Origin: Ruminococcus sp.
Lineage (GTDB): Bacteria; Bacillota; Clostridia; Lachnospirales; Lachnospiraceae
Assembly: GCA_029256845.1 (NCBI GenBank)
Contig: JARIEI010000195.1
Coordinates: 70-64,069, forward strand
DNA: 64,000 nt
Reading direction: 5' to 3'
Shown: positions 46,493 to 56,292 of the stretch, piece after piece
How positions within the stretch are numbered: the stretch's first letter is position 1
Layout of the letters: each line of letters begins with the position of its first letter
The notes under the pieces: model-generated
What the model saw: the letters and a program-made list of their open reading frames with translations, nothing else
Database searches by the model: none
Told to the model about the DNA's origin: nothing
Translations under genes and position numbers: made by a program

Positions 46493-47959
46493 ATGGAATC
46501 AAAGAGTAATACTAGTAAAGAAAGCGTTGCGTCAAATTTAATATGGAGACTTGCTGAAAGATTCGGGGCACAGTTTATCCAGTTTATAGTATCAATTGTC
46601 TTGGCAAGATTGCTGGCACCTGAGGCATACGGAACAATTGCATTAGTAGTAGTTATTGCACAGATATCACAGGTTTTTGTAGACAGTGGTTTAGGGAATG
46701 CACTTATTCAAAAAAAAGAAGTAGACGATTTAGATTATGCATCTGTTTTCTATTTTAATGTGGTATGGTGTCTTATAATATATGCAATAATTTTTGTGAT
46801 AGCACCATATATGGCTTCATTTTATGATGACACCTCGTTAACACCAATTATAAGGGTATTATGTTTAACAGTTGTTATATCAGGGTTGAAAAATGTTCAA
46901 CAGGCATATGTCTCAAGGAACATGATGTTTAAAAAATTCTTTTTCGCAACCCTTGGTGGAACAATATTATCAGCAGTAGTAGGTATAATTCTAGCGGTAT
47001 TGGGAAAAGGAGTGTGGGCTTTAGTTGCTCAAAAAATTGTGAATATCGCAACAGATACACTTGTTCTATGGTTTACTGTAAAATGGAGACCGAAGTTAAT
47101 GTTTTCATTCGTACGATTAAGAACACTGATTTCATATGGGTGGAAATTGCTTGTTTCTGCATTGTTAGATGCTATTTATGGAAACTTAAGGCAGTTGCTA
47201 ATCGGTAAAATGTATTCAAAGAGCGATCTTGCATATTACAATCAAGGAGATCAATTTCCTAATATTTTAGTGACAAATATAAATTCTTCAATTGATAGTG
47301 TACTTTTACCAACTATGTCAAAAGAGCAGGACAACAAAGAAAATGTAAAAAATATGACACGTAGAGCAATTAAAGTAAGTACATATGTAATGGCACCATT
47401 GATGTTTGGATTGTTTATAACAGCTAAAAATGTCATTATAATTGTTTTATCTGATAAGTGGATTAAATGTGTCCCATTTTTACAGATTTTTTGTGTTTCA
47501 TATTTATTTTATCCAATTCATACATCAAATTTAAATGCTATAAAAGCGATGGGGCGAAGTGATTTATTTTTGAGGTTAGAGATTGTAAAAAAAATGGTTG
47601 GATTATTTTTATTAGTTGTATCGATGAAGTATGGAGTTATGGCAATTGCGCTGAGCTCCCTTGTTGCGACATTTACAGGCATTATAATAAATTCATGGCC
47701 AAATAAAAAGCTTTTAAATTATTATTATTTGGATCAGTTAAAAGATATGGGATCTAGTTTATTATTAGCAAGTATTATGGCTATTGGCGTATATTTTATA
47801 GGTAAAATCAAATTAAATATTCTTTTAGTATTAATAATTCAAGTAATATCAGGTGGTGTTATATATATTATGTTATCTGTTATTTGCAAAAATGAATCGT
47901 TTATATATTTATTAGACATAATGAAAAATTTTCTAAAAAAAAGCAATAGGAACAAATAA
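46493..47959 (+). CDS. wzx: Second Wzx-type flippase (polysaccharide biosynthesis protein, MOP superfamily)
   Basis: NLIWRLAERFGAQFIQFIVSIVLARLLAPEAYG and GLGNALIQKK are typical of PST flippases. About 12-14 TM helices. Confidence 0.88.
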   Translation: MESKSNTSKESVASNLIWRLAERFGAQFIQFIVSIVLARLLAPEAYGTIALVVVIAQISQVFVDSGLGNALIQKKEVDDLDYASVFYFNVVWCLIIYAIIFVIAPYMASFYDDTSLTPIIRVLCLTVVISGLKNVQQAYVSRNMMFKKFFFATLGGTILSAVVGIILAVLGKGVWALVAQKIVNIATDTLVLWFTVKWRPKLMFSFVRLRTLISYGWKLLVSALLDAIYGNLRQLLIGKMYSKSDLAYYNQGDQFPNILVTNINSSIDSVLLPTMSKEQDNKENVKNMTRRAIKVSTYVMAPLMFGLFITAKNVIIIVLSDKWIKCVPFLQIFCVSYLFYPIHTSNLNAIKAMGRSDLFLRLEIVKKMVGLFLLVVSMKYGVMAIALSSLVATFTGIIINSWPNKKLLNYYYLDQLKDMGSSLLLASIMAIGVYFIGKIKLNILLVLIIQVISGGVIYIMLSVICKNESFIYLLDIMKNFLKKSNRNK

Positions 47960-48023
47960 CCTGAACATATCGTTTATTTAAATTGAACTTAAAAATTAAT
48001 AAACTTATAAGGGGAGAAAGATT

Positions 48024-49292
48024 ATGAAAAAGATATTAATGCTTGGAACAAGCAGTGGTTCTGTAGAAATGATAGAGTATGCCAAAAGTATTGGAGTGTA
48101 TACAGTTGTTACAGATTATCTTGAGCCAGAAGAATCAAATGCCAAACTTATTGCTGACGAAAGTTGGATGATAAGCACTGCGGATTTAGACAAACTAGCA
48201 GAGAAATGTGTTGAAGAAGGTATAACAGGTGTACTTAGTGGTGTAAGTGATTTTAATGTCACACAGGCAGTTAAACTTTCAGAAAGAATACAGACCCCAT
48301 TTTATTGTGATAGTACTGTATGGGCATATAGTAGAAATAAAGCTGCATTTAAAGAAAAATGTCGTAAATACGGGGTTCCAACTGCAAAGCAGTATTTTGT
48401 TTCAGATATTCCTACAGATGAAGAAATAGATAACATAGATTTTCCAGTTGTTGTTAAACCAATAGATGCCAGTGCCAATAGAGGATTTAGTTATTGTTAC
48501 AATAAACAACAATTTATAAAAGGATATGAAAAGGCCAAGGAAATATCTGTTAGTGGAAACATAGTTGTAGAAAAATTGTTAAAAGGTAAAGAATATACAG
48601 CGTTTTATGCTCTTGCAGATGGAGAAGCTCGTTTGGTTAATTTTTGGACAATGCTATCGCAATCAGGCATGCCAGAAAATTGTTATTCTGTAAATATGTC
48701 TGTGTCTGACGTTTTAAATCAATATAATAAAGATGTAGATTTCAAAGTAAAAAGATTATTAAAAGAGTTGGGCTATAGAGATGGTATAGTTTGGATTGAG
48801 TTTATGGCTGATGAAGATAATAGCCTTAACGCACTTGAAATTGGACATCGATTATCAGGAGAAATGCTTTGGTTGCCATTAAGTAATGTTCGAGATTTTA
48901 ATGCTATGAAATGGCTTGTTGATTATGTAGTTAATGGCAAAAACGAAATATCTAATTTACCTTGCGATCAAGCGGACAATAGTATTCGGTGTGCTTGTTC
49001 TTATATTTTATGGACAAAACAAGCAGGGATTGTTAAATCCGTAAATGGATTTGACGATTTATTGAATATCAGAGGAAGAAATGTAAATATTATTGCAAAG
49101 ATAGGAAAACATATCGATATATACAGATATGGAGCCATTGTAACATTTTACTCAGACGATATAGAACAAATGATAGCAGATATAAAGTATATTGACAGTA
49201 AGGTTAAAATATTAGATCAGGATGGAAATGATATGTTAATACATTTTGATGATTTTGAAAAAATAAGAAAAATATATAAGCATACAGTCTAG
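48024..49292 (+). CDS. ATP-grasp domain protein (carboxylate-amine ligase-like), copy 1
   Basis: KKILMLGTSSGSVEMIEYAKSIG pre-ATP-grasp Rossmann-like N-terminus. Central FPVVVKPIDASANRGF and VVEKLLKG segments typical of the ATP-grasp fold. Confidence 0.8.
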   Translation: MKKILMLGTSSGSVEMIEYAKSIGVYTVVTDYLEPEESNAKLIADESWMISTADLDKLAEKCVEEGITGVLSGVSDFNVTQAVKLSERIQTPFYCDSTVWAYSRNKAAFKEKCRKYGVPTAKQYFVSDIPTDEEIDNIDFPVVVKPIDASANRGFSYCYNKQQFIKGYEKAKEISVSGNIVVEKLLKGKEYTAFYALADGEARLVNFWTMLSQSGMPENCYSVNMSVSDVLNQYNKDVDFKVKRLLKELGYRDGIVWIEFMADEDNSLNALEIGHRLSGEMLWLPLSNVRDFNAMKWLVDYVVNGKNEISNLPCDQADNSIRCACSYILWTKQAGIVKSVNGFDDLLNIRGRNVNIIAKIGKHIDIYRYGAIVTFYSDDIEQMIADIKYIDSKVKILDQDGNDMLIHFDDFEKIRKIYKHTV

Positions 49293-49319
49293 TATAATTT
49301 TAATGAGGAGCAGAATGAT

Positions 49320-50702
49320 ATGAAATTAAACCATTCAAAATCAATGAATACTTTAGACGTTTTGATGATTGCATTTGGAGCAATGATTGGATGGGGATGG
49401 GTTGTTTCTTCTGGTGAATGGATAAAACAAGCTGGAGTATTGGGGACTGCATTAGGATTTATAATTGGTGGTATAATGATATATTTTGTGGGCCTTGTAT
49501 ACTCTGAGTTAACAACAGCACTTCCTAAAGAAGGTGTATTTGGATTTTGTAATCGTGCATATGGTCATTATCTTGCAGGAATATGTATGTGGATACTTAT
49601 ATTAAGTTATGTTGGTGTCGTTTGTTTTGAGGCGTGTTCATTTGCGACTGTAATACAGTATTTGGTACCTGGGTTTATGAGTGGATACTTATATTCGGTA
49701 GCTGGATTCGAAATATATGCATCGTGGTTATTGGTGTCGATAATAACTTGCGTCCTAATTATTGTTATAAATATTAGAGGGATAAAAACGGCAGCAGCAA
49801 TACAAACTATTCTAACAGTTATAATAGCAGGAGTAGGTGTGTTACTTATAGCATCGTCTGTATTAAGTGGAGATGTGTCAAATTTGCAGAATCAAGTTTT
49901 TGCGGAAGGCACGCATCATGATATTATTAAAAATACATTAGCTATTGCTGTGGTCGCCCCTTTTTTCTTGTTTGGATTTGACGTGATTCCTCAAGCAGCC
50001 GAAGAAATTAATGTGCCATTAAAAAAACTTGGAAAAATTCTTGTACTATCTATTATTTTAGCCGTTACATTCTATACACTAGTTGTATTTTCAATTGGAT
50101 ACGTAATGAATAGTTCACAAATTGAAATAGAAAATAAGACTACTGGTTTGGTTGCGGCTAAAGCAATGTCTATTGCTTTTAATAGTCATAATATGTCGAA
50201 AGTTTTAATACTGGGCGGAGTGTGTGGAATATTGACAAGCTGGAATTCATTTTTAATTGGTGGAAGCAGAGCAATATATTCACTTTCAAAATCAGGATTG
50301 TTTCCACGTAGGTTTTCCAAAATACATCCGAAATATCACACGCCTCAAAATGCTATTTTACTTATTGGTGTGTTATCTATTTTTTCAACATTTTTTGGAC
50401 GAGTGATGTTAACATGGGTTGCAAATGTGGCTAGTTTTGCTTGCTGTATAGCATATTTTATTGTGTCCATATCGTATATTGCGTTGCGGATTAAGGAACC
50501 TAATATGACCAGACCGTTTAAAATAAAATATGGAGTTCTAGTCGGTGTCATTGCAAGTATTTTGTCGATGATATTATGCTTATTATATATAATACCGGGA
50601 ACAGGATGTACATTAAATTCTCAAGAATGGAAAATTATTATTGTTTGGGCAACTATTGGCGTTGGGCTTGTGTTATTAAAGAAGACAGGAGTGATGAAAT
50701 GA
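49320..50702 (+). CDS. APC-superfamily amino acid permease
   Basis: About 12 TM helices. The N-terminal LDVLMIAFGAMIGWGWVV...GGIMIYFVGLVYSELTTALPKEG matches the amino-acid permease signature region. Confidence 0.88.
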   Translation: MKLNHSKSMNTLDVLMIAFGAMIGWGWVVSSGEWIKQAGVLGTALGFIIGGIMIYFVGLVYSELTTALPKEGVFGFCNRAYGHYLAGICMWILILSYVGVVCFEACSFATVIQYLVPGFMSGYLYSVAGFEIYASWLLVSIITCVLIIVINIRGIKTAAAIQTILTVIIAGVGVLLIASSVLSGDVSNLQNQVFAEGTHHDIIKNTLAIAVVAPFFLFGFDVIPQAAEEINVPLKKLGKILVLSIILAVTFYTLVVFSIGYVMNSSQIEIENKTTGLVAAKAMSIAFNSHNMSKVLILGGVCGILTSWNSFLIGGSRAIYSLSKSGLFPRRFSKIHPKYHTPQNAILLIGVLSIFSTFFGRVMLTWVANVASFACCIAYFIVSISYIALRIKEPNMTRPFKIKYGVLVGVIASILSMILCLLYIIPGTGCTLNSQEWKIIIVWATIGVGLVLLKKTGVMK

Positions 50703-50718
50703 AAAGGGAGAGATTATT

Positions 50719-51933
50719 GTGAAAAAAATTTTGTTACTTGGAGGATCAGAACAACAAATTGTTGCTATTGAAACAGCAAAAAAATTGGGGTTTTATACAA
50801 TATTGTGTGATTATCTTGTAGATAATCCAGGACAATATGTTGCTGATAAATTTTATCTTGCTAGTACAACAGACAAGGAATTAATTTTAAAAATTGCTAT
50901 TGAAGAAAAAATAGATGGTATAGTTGCGTATGCATCGGATCCGGCTGCCCCCACAGCAGCATATGTTGCAGAGGTGCTGAAATTGTCTGGAAATCCATAT
51001 GAATCAGTTGAAATATTATGTAATAAAGATAAGTTCAGAAAGTTCCTTTCAGAAAACAAATTTAGTACACCAGTTTCCAGAGGATATGAAGATGAAAAGA
51101 AGGCAATTTTTGATATTCAGAATAATTTTTACGAATTCCCGATTATTATAAAACCTGTCGATTCATCTGGAAGTAAAGGAATTACTGTTTTATACGATAA
51201 AAAAGATGTAAAATGTGCAATAGATTATGCTTTTAAGTTCTCAAGAGCTAAAAGAATTATTGTGGAGGAATTTATTGAAAATAAACATGAATACCTTGTT
51301 GGTGGAGATATTTTCATTAAAGATGGAAAAGTTGTATTATGGGGATTATTAAATTGTCATAGAGACTATGAGGTTAATGATTTAGTTCCTGTAGGCAAGA
51401 GTTATCCGTTAAAGTTAAATGAAAACGACAAAGACAATATTAAAGGTACCCTTCAAAACTTAGTGACGTTGCTTGGTTTAAAGTCAGGCGCAATGAATGT
51501 AGAATTAATTATAGATAAAAATGATACAATACGATTAATTGATGTTGGGCCAAGAAATGGAGGAAATATGATTCCGGATTTACTTGGATATATATTTAAC
51601 ATTGATGTCGTGGAACTTACAATCTTATCTGCCATGGGCATGGAGTATAATATTGATATTACAGAGAAAGAAGACAGTTTTTATGCCACTCACAATTTAC
51701 ATTCTGAGCAAAGCGGATATTTTGCAGGTGTAGAGTTTTCACAAGAAATCAACAGATATATATTTAGGAAAAATATTTATAAGAAAAAGAATGATCCGGT
51801 AGAATATTTTGATCATGCAGCAAAAGCGTTAGGAATTATTTTTATGAAGTTTGATACCATCGAAGAAATGGATTACATTCTCAATAACATCAATAATCAT
51901 ATTCATATAAAACTTAAAAAGGAAGTGATATAA
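50719..51933 (+). CDS. ATP-grasp domain protein, copy 2
   Basis: GTG start. KKILLLGGSEQQIVAIETAKKLG N-terminus, then FPIIIKPVDSSGSKGITV and IVEEFIEN ATP-grasp segments. Divergent from copy 1. Confidence 0.83.
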   Translation: MKKILLLGGSEQQIVAIETAKKLGFYTILCDYLVDNPGQYVADKFYLASTTDKELILKIAIEEKIDGIVAYASDPAAPTAAYVAEVLKLSGNPYESVEILCNKDKFRKFLSENKFSTPVSRGYEDEKKAIFDIQNNFYEFPIIIKPVDSSGSKGITVLYDKKDVKCAIDYAFKFSRAKRIIVEEFIENKHEYLVGGDIFIKDGKVVLWGLLNCHRDYEVNDLVPVGKSYPLKLNENDKDNIKGTLQNLVTLLGLKSGAMNVELIIDKNDTIRLIDVGPRNGGNMIPDLLGYIFNIDVVELTILSAMGMEYNIDITEKEDSFYATHNLHSEQSGYFAGVEFSQEINRYIFRKNIYKKKNDPVEYFDHAAKALGIIFMKFDTIEEMDYILNNINNHIHIKLKKEVI

Positions 51934-53052
51934 TTGAATAGGAAAATTTTAGTAACACAATCGTCTATGCCGAAATATGAGGAATATATAGAAGAAATTA
52001 AAGATTTATGGGAATCTCATTGGCTTACAAACATGGGAGACAAGCATCAGACACTTCAAAAAGAATTACTAAGCTATCTTGATGTAAATAATGTTGAGTT
52101 ATTTACAAATGGACACATGGCATTGGAATTGTCGTTACAGGCTTTAGATTTTAAAGTGGGTGATGAAGTTATTACAACACCATTTACCTTTGCTTCTACA
52201 ACACAGGCTATTGTCCGAAATGGTTTAATACCTGTCTTTTGTGATATTAATCCAATTGATTTTACAATAGATGTAACCAAAATAGAAAAATTGATTACAG
52301 AGAAAACAGTTGCAATAATGCCTGTGCATGTTTACGGAAATGTATGCAACGTTGAAGAAATAGAGCGTATATCTCAAAAGTATGGCTTAAGAGTAATTTA
52401 TGACGCAGCACATGTATTTGGTGTTAAATATAAAAATAAAGGTATTGGCTCGTTTGGTGATGTTTCTTGTTTTAGTTTTCATGCAACGAAGGTTTTCAAT
52501 ACAATTGAAGGTGGTTGTGCAAGTTTTTCTGATGAAAAAATTGGCAAACGTTTATATGAACTTAAAAATTTTGGTATTAAGAATCAAGATGAGGTAGAAT
52601 GTGTTGGAGCTAATGCCAAAATGAATGAGTTTTGTGCAGCTATGGGATTATGTAACCTTAGGCATTTGGATGCAGAAATTTTCAAAAGAGCGAAAGTAGT
52701 TGAATGTTATAGAAAAAATCTTTGTGGTATAGAAGGAATAACATTAAATCCCATACAAAAAAATGTTGTCCCTAACTATGCATATTTTCCTATTATTGTC
52801 GATGAAAAAATATTTGGTCATACGCGTGATGAGATTATGGATGAATTAGCAAGATATGACATAGGAGCACGAAAATATTTTTATCCACTTACAAGTTCAT
52901 TTCAATGCTATAATGGAGCATATGACACAAATGAAACTCCAGTAGCATTGTATATGAGTACACATGTGTTAACGTTACCATTATATGCCGATTTAGAACT
53001 AAAAATTGTTGATAAGATATGTAACATTATCTCAAATATGAATAATAAATAA
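51934..53052 (+). CDS. DegT/DnrJ/EryC1/StrS-family sugar aminotransferase (NDP-keto-deoxyhexose transaminase-like)
   Basis: TTG start abutting the upstream stop. Catalytic-lysine context SFHATKVFNTIEGG. Located immediately upstream of rmlA and rmlB. Confidence 0.88.
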   Translation: MNRKILVTQSSMPKYEEYIEEIKDLWESHWLTNMGDKHQTLQKELLSYLDVNNVELFTNGHMALELSLQALDFKVGDEVITTPFTFASTTQAIVRNGLIPVFCDINPIDFTIDVTKIEKLITEKTVAIMPVHVYGNVCNVEEIERISQKYGLRVIYDAAHVFGVKYKNKGIGSFGDVSCFSFHATKVFNTIEGGCASFSDEKIGKRLYELKNFGIKNQDEVECVGANAKMNEFCAAMGLCNLRHLDAEIFKRAKVVECYRKNLCGIEGITLNPIQKNVVPNYAYFPIIVDEKIFGHTRDEIMDELARYDIGARKYFYPLTSSFQCYNGAYDTNETPVALYMSTHVLTLPLYADLELKIVDKICNIISNMNNK

Positions 53053-53067
53053 TAGTGAGGACAAGTT

Positions 53068-53952
53068 ATGAAAGGAATTATTTTAGCAGGTGGATCTGGA
53101 ACGCGATTATATCCATTAACTCGGGTTACATCAAAACAATTATTGCCTATTTATGACAAACCAATGATTTATTACCCATTGTCAACTCTTATGCTAGCAG
53201 GGATACGTGAAATTTTAATTATTTCAACACCTGATGATATTTCAAGATTTGAGGCGTTATTAGGTGACGGGAGTCAGTTCGGAATTAGTTTGTCGTATGC
53301 AGTTCAGCCGAGTCCAGATGGTTTAGCCCAGGCATTTATAATTGGACAGGAATTTATTGGTGATGATGCGTGTGCGTTAGTTCTTGGAGATAATATTTTT
53401 TATGGTGGATGGTTTAGAAAAAATTTACAAGAAGCTGTTGTAAATGCTGAAAATGGAAATGCTACTATTTTTGGATATTATGTAAAGGATCCAGAGAGGT
53501 TTGGTATTGTAGAATTTGATAAAAATAAAAATGTAATTTCGGTTGAAGAGAAACCTGAATATCCTAAATCTAATTATTGTATTACTGGATTATATTTTTA
53601 CCCATCAGGTGTTGCAAAGATGGCGATAAATGTCAAACCGTCTAAACGTGGCGAGTTAGAAATTACAACATTAAATGATATGTATTTAAAAGATAACAAG
53701 CTTAAAGTGCAGATATTAGGACGAGGATTTGCGTGGTTAGATACAGGAACTATGGATAGCCTTATGGAAGCATCTTTATTTGTTCAAACAGTGCAAAATA
53801 GACAAGGAGTTGTTATTTCTGCACCTGAAGAAATTGCGTATCATGAGGAATGGATTAATAAAGAAAAGTTATTAGAATCAGCAGAAATGTATGGTAAATC
53901 ACCATACGGTGAACATTTAAGAAAAGTAGCAGAGGATAGATTATTTTTTTAG
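53068..53952 (+). CDS. rmlA: Glucose-1-phosphate thymidylyltransferase RmlA
   Basis: [25 protein letters not shown] and AWLDTGT motifs. Confidence 0.95.
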   Translation: MKGIILAGGSGTRLYPLTRVTSKQLLPIYDKPMIYYPLSTLMLAGIREILIISTPDDISRFEALLGDGSQFGISLSYAVQPSPDGLAQAFIIGQEFIGDDACALVLGDNIFYGGWFRKNLQEAVVNAENGNATIFGYYVKDPERFGIVEFDKNKNVISVEEKPEYPKSNYCITGLYFYPSGVAKMAINVKPSKRGELEITTLNDMYLKDNKLKVQILGRGFAWLDTGTMDSLMEASLFVQTVQNRQGVVISAPEEIAYHEEWINKEKLLESAEMYGKSPYGEHLRKVAEDRLFF

Positions 53953-53963
53953 GGAGTGTTGAT

Positions 53964-54983
53964 ATGAATATTATTGTAACAGGTGGAGCTGGATTTATAG
54001 GTAGTAATTTTATATTTTATATGTTAAAAAAACATCCAGAGTACAGAATTATATGTTTGGACAAACTTACTTATGCTGGAAATTTGTCTACGCTTTCTTC
54101 TGTAATGGATAACCCACAATTTCGATTTGTAAAGTTAGATATATGTGATAGGAATGCAGTATATAATTTATTTGAAGAAGAAAAACCGGATATTATTGTA
54201 AATTTCGCAGCAGAAAGTCACGTTGATCGTTCAATTGAAGAACCAGAAATTTTTTTGAATACAAATATTATAGGAACAGCAGTATTGATGGATGCTTGTA
54301 GAAAATATGGTATACAAAGGTTTCATCAAGTTAGCACGGATGAGGTCTATGGCGATTTGCCTTTAGATAGACCAGATTTGTTTTTTACAGAAGAAACTCC
54401 AATCCATACAAGTAGTCCATATAGTAGTTCGAAAGCATCTGCTGACTTATTAGTGCTTGCATATCATAGGACATATGGATTGCCTGTTTCGATAAGTAGA
54501 TGTTCAAATAATTACGGACCATATCAATTTCCAGAAAAACTTATTCCTCTTATAATTGCAAATTGTCTTAACAATAAGCCACTTCCAGTGTATGGTGAGG
54601 GATTGAATGTTAGGGATTGGTTATATGTAGACGACCACTGTAAAGCCATTGATTTGATTATTCATAAAGGCAAAGTTGGTGAAGTTTATAATGTTGGTGG
54701 ACATAATGAAATGAAAAATATAGATATTGTAAGAATTATGTGTAAAGCTCTTGGAAAATCAGAAAACTTGATTACATATGTAGCAGATAGAAAAGGACAT
54801 GATATGCGTTATGCGATTGATCCGACAAAGATTCATGATGAACTTGGGTGGTTGCCAGAAACTAAGTTTGAAGATGGAATTCAAAAGACAATTCAATGGT
54901 ATTTAGAGAATAAACAATGGTGGGAAACCATTATAAGCGGTGAATATCAGAATTATTATGAAAGTATGTATGGGAATCGTTAG
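53964..54983 (+). CDS. rmlB: dTDP-glucose 4,6-dehydratase RmlB
   Basis: IIVTGGAGFIGSNF, STDEVYGD and YSSSKASAD (YxxxK) motifs. Confidence 0.95.
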   Translation: MNIIVTGGAGFIGSNFIFYMLKKHPEYRIICLDKLTYAGNLSTLSSVMDNPQFRFVKLDICDRNAVYNLFEEEKPDIIVNFAAESHVDRSIEEPEIFLNTNIIGTAVLMDACRKYGIQRFHQVSTDEVYGDLPLDRPDLFFTEETPIHTSSPYSSSKASADLLVLAYHRTYGLPVSISRCSNNYGPYQFPEKLIPLIIANCLNNKPLPVYGEGLNVRDWLYVDDHCKAIDLIIHKGKVGEVYNVGGHNEMKNIDIVRIMCKALGKSENLITYVADRKGHDMRYAIDPTKIHDELGWLPETKFEDGIQKTIQWYLENKQWWETIISGEYQNYYESMYGNR

Positions 54984-54998
54984 TAAGGAGGACTCGTA

Positions 54999-56255
54999 AT
55001 GAAAGAATTTTCTGATTTAAAAATTGCGGTAGCTGGAACTGGATATGTGGGTTTGTCTATCGCAACGTTACTTGCGCAACATCATCAAGTTATTGCTGTA
55101 GATATAGTACCAGAAAAAGTCGATTTAATTAATAATAGAAAGTCACCTATTCAGGATGAATACATTGAAAAGTATTTGACAGAAAAAAAATTGAATTTAA
55201 CTGCCACACTTGATGGTGAAACCGCATACAAAGATGCGGATTTTGTTGTGATTGCAGCTCCTACAAATTATGATAGTAAAAAGAATTTCTTTGACACATC
55301 AGCTGTTGAATCAGTCATTCAAATGGTTATAAAATGTAATCCGGATGCAGTTATGGTTATAAAGTCTACGATCCCAGTTGGCTTTACTGCTCATGTGAGA
55401 GAAAAATATTGCAGTAATAATATTATTTTTAGTCCGGAATTTCTAAGAGAGTCAAAAGCATTATATGATAATTTGTATCCGTCAAGAATTATTGTGGGAA
55501 CAGACACAGATAATGTTCAGTTGGTAAATGTAGCAAATACATTTGCTACATTATTACAAGAAGGTGCAATTAAAGAGAATATAGATACTTTAATTATGGG
55601 GTTCACAGAGGCAGAAGCAGTCAAACTATTCTCAAATACATATCTAGCACTTCGGGTGTCATATTTTAATGAACTTGATACTTATGCAGAATTAAAAGGG
55701 TTAAACACGCAGCAGATTATTAATGGGGTTTGTTTAGATCCGCGTATAGGTTCTCATTATAATAATCCATCTTTTGGTTATGGAGGGTATTGTCTTCCTA
55801 AGGATACAAAACAGCTACTTGCAAATTATGAAGATGTACCTCAGAATATGATGTCCGCGATTGTAGAGTCAAATCGAACAAGAAAAGATTTTATTGCAGA
55901 TAGAGTTTTGGCTATGGCGGGGTATTATGATTATTTTAATAGTGGTGAATTTTCGATAGATCACGAAAAAGAATGTGTTATAGGTGTATATCGTTTGACT
56001 ATGAAATCACATTCGGATAACTTCCGTCAATCATCTATTCAAGGAGTTATGAAACGAATCAAGGCTAAAGGAGCTACAGTTATTGTATATGAACCTACAC
56101 TTGAGGATGGTTCTACATTTTTTGGATCTAAAGTTGTAAATAATATAGATGAATTTAAAAAAATGAGCCAAGCAATCATTGCGAACAGATATGATTCAAT
56201 TCTTGATAGTGTAAGAGAAAAGGTATATACAAGAGATATATTTAAAAGAGATTAG
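54999..56255 (+). CDS. ugd: UDP-glucose 6-dehydrogenase
   Basis: [15 protein letters not shown]-binding fold. Catalytic-Cys context [11 protein letters not shown]. The ~418-aa HasB-type length fits. Confidence 0.9.
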   Translation: MKEFSDLKIAVAGTGYVGLSIATLLAQHHQVIAVDIVPEKVDLINNRKSPIQDEYIEKYLTEKKLNLTATLDGETAYKDADFVVIAAPTNYDSKKNFFDTSAVESVIQMVIKCNPDAVMVIKSTIPVGFTAHVREKYCSNNIIFSPEFLRESKALYDNLYPSRIIVGTDTDNVQLVNVANTFATLLQEGAIKENIDTLIMGFTEAEAVKLFSNTYLALRVSYFNELDTYAELKGLNTQQIINGVCLDPRIGSHYNNPSFGYGGYCLPKDTKQLLANYEDVPQNMMSAIVESNRTRKDFIADRVLAMAGYYDYFNSGEFSIDHEKECVIGVYRLTMKSHSDNFRQSSIQGVMKRIKAKGATVIVYEPTLEDGSTFFGSKVVNNIDEFKKMSQAIIANRYDSILDSVREKVYTRDIFKRD

Positions 56256-56292
56256 AGATAACATCTTTAAATGAAATTAAGTACTAAGAGGA

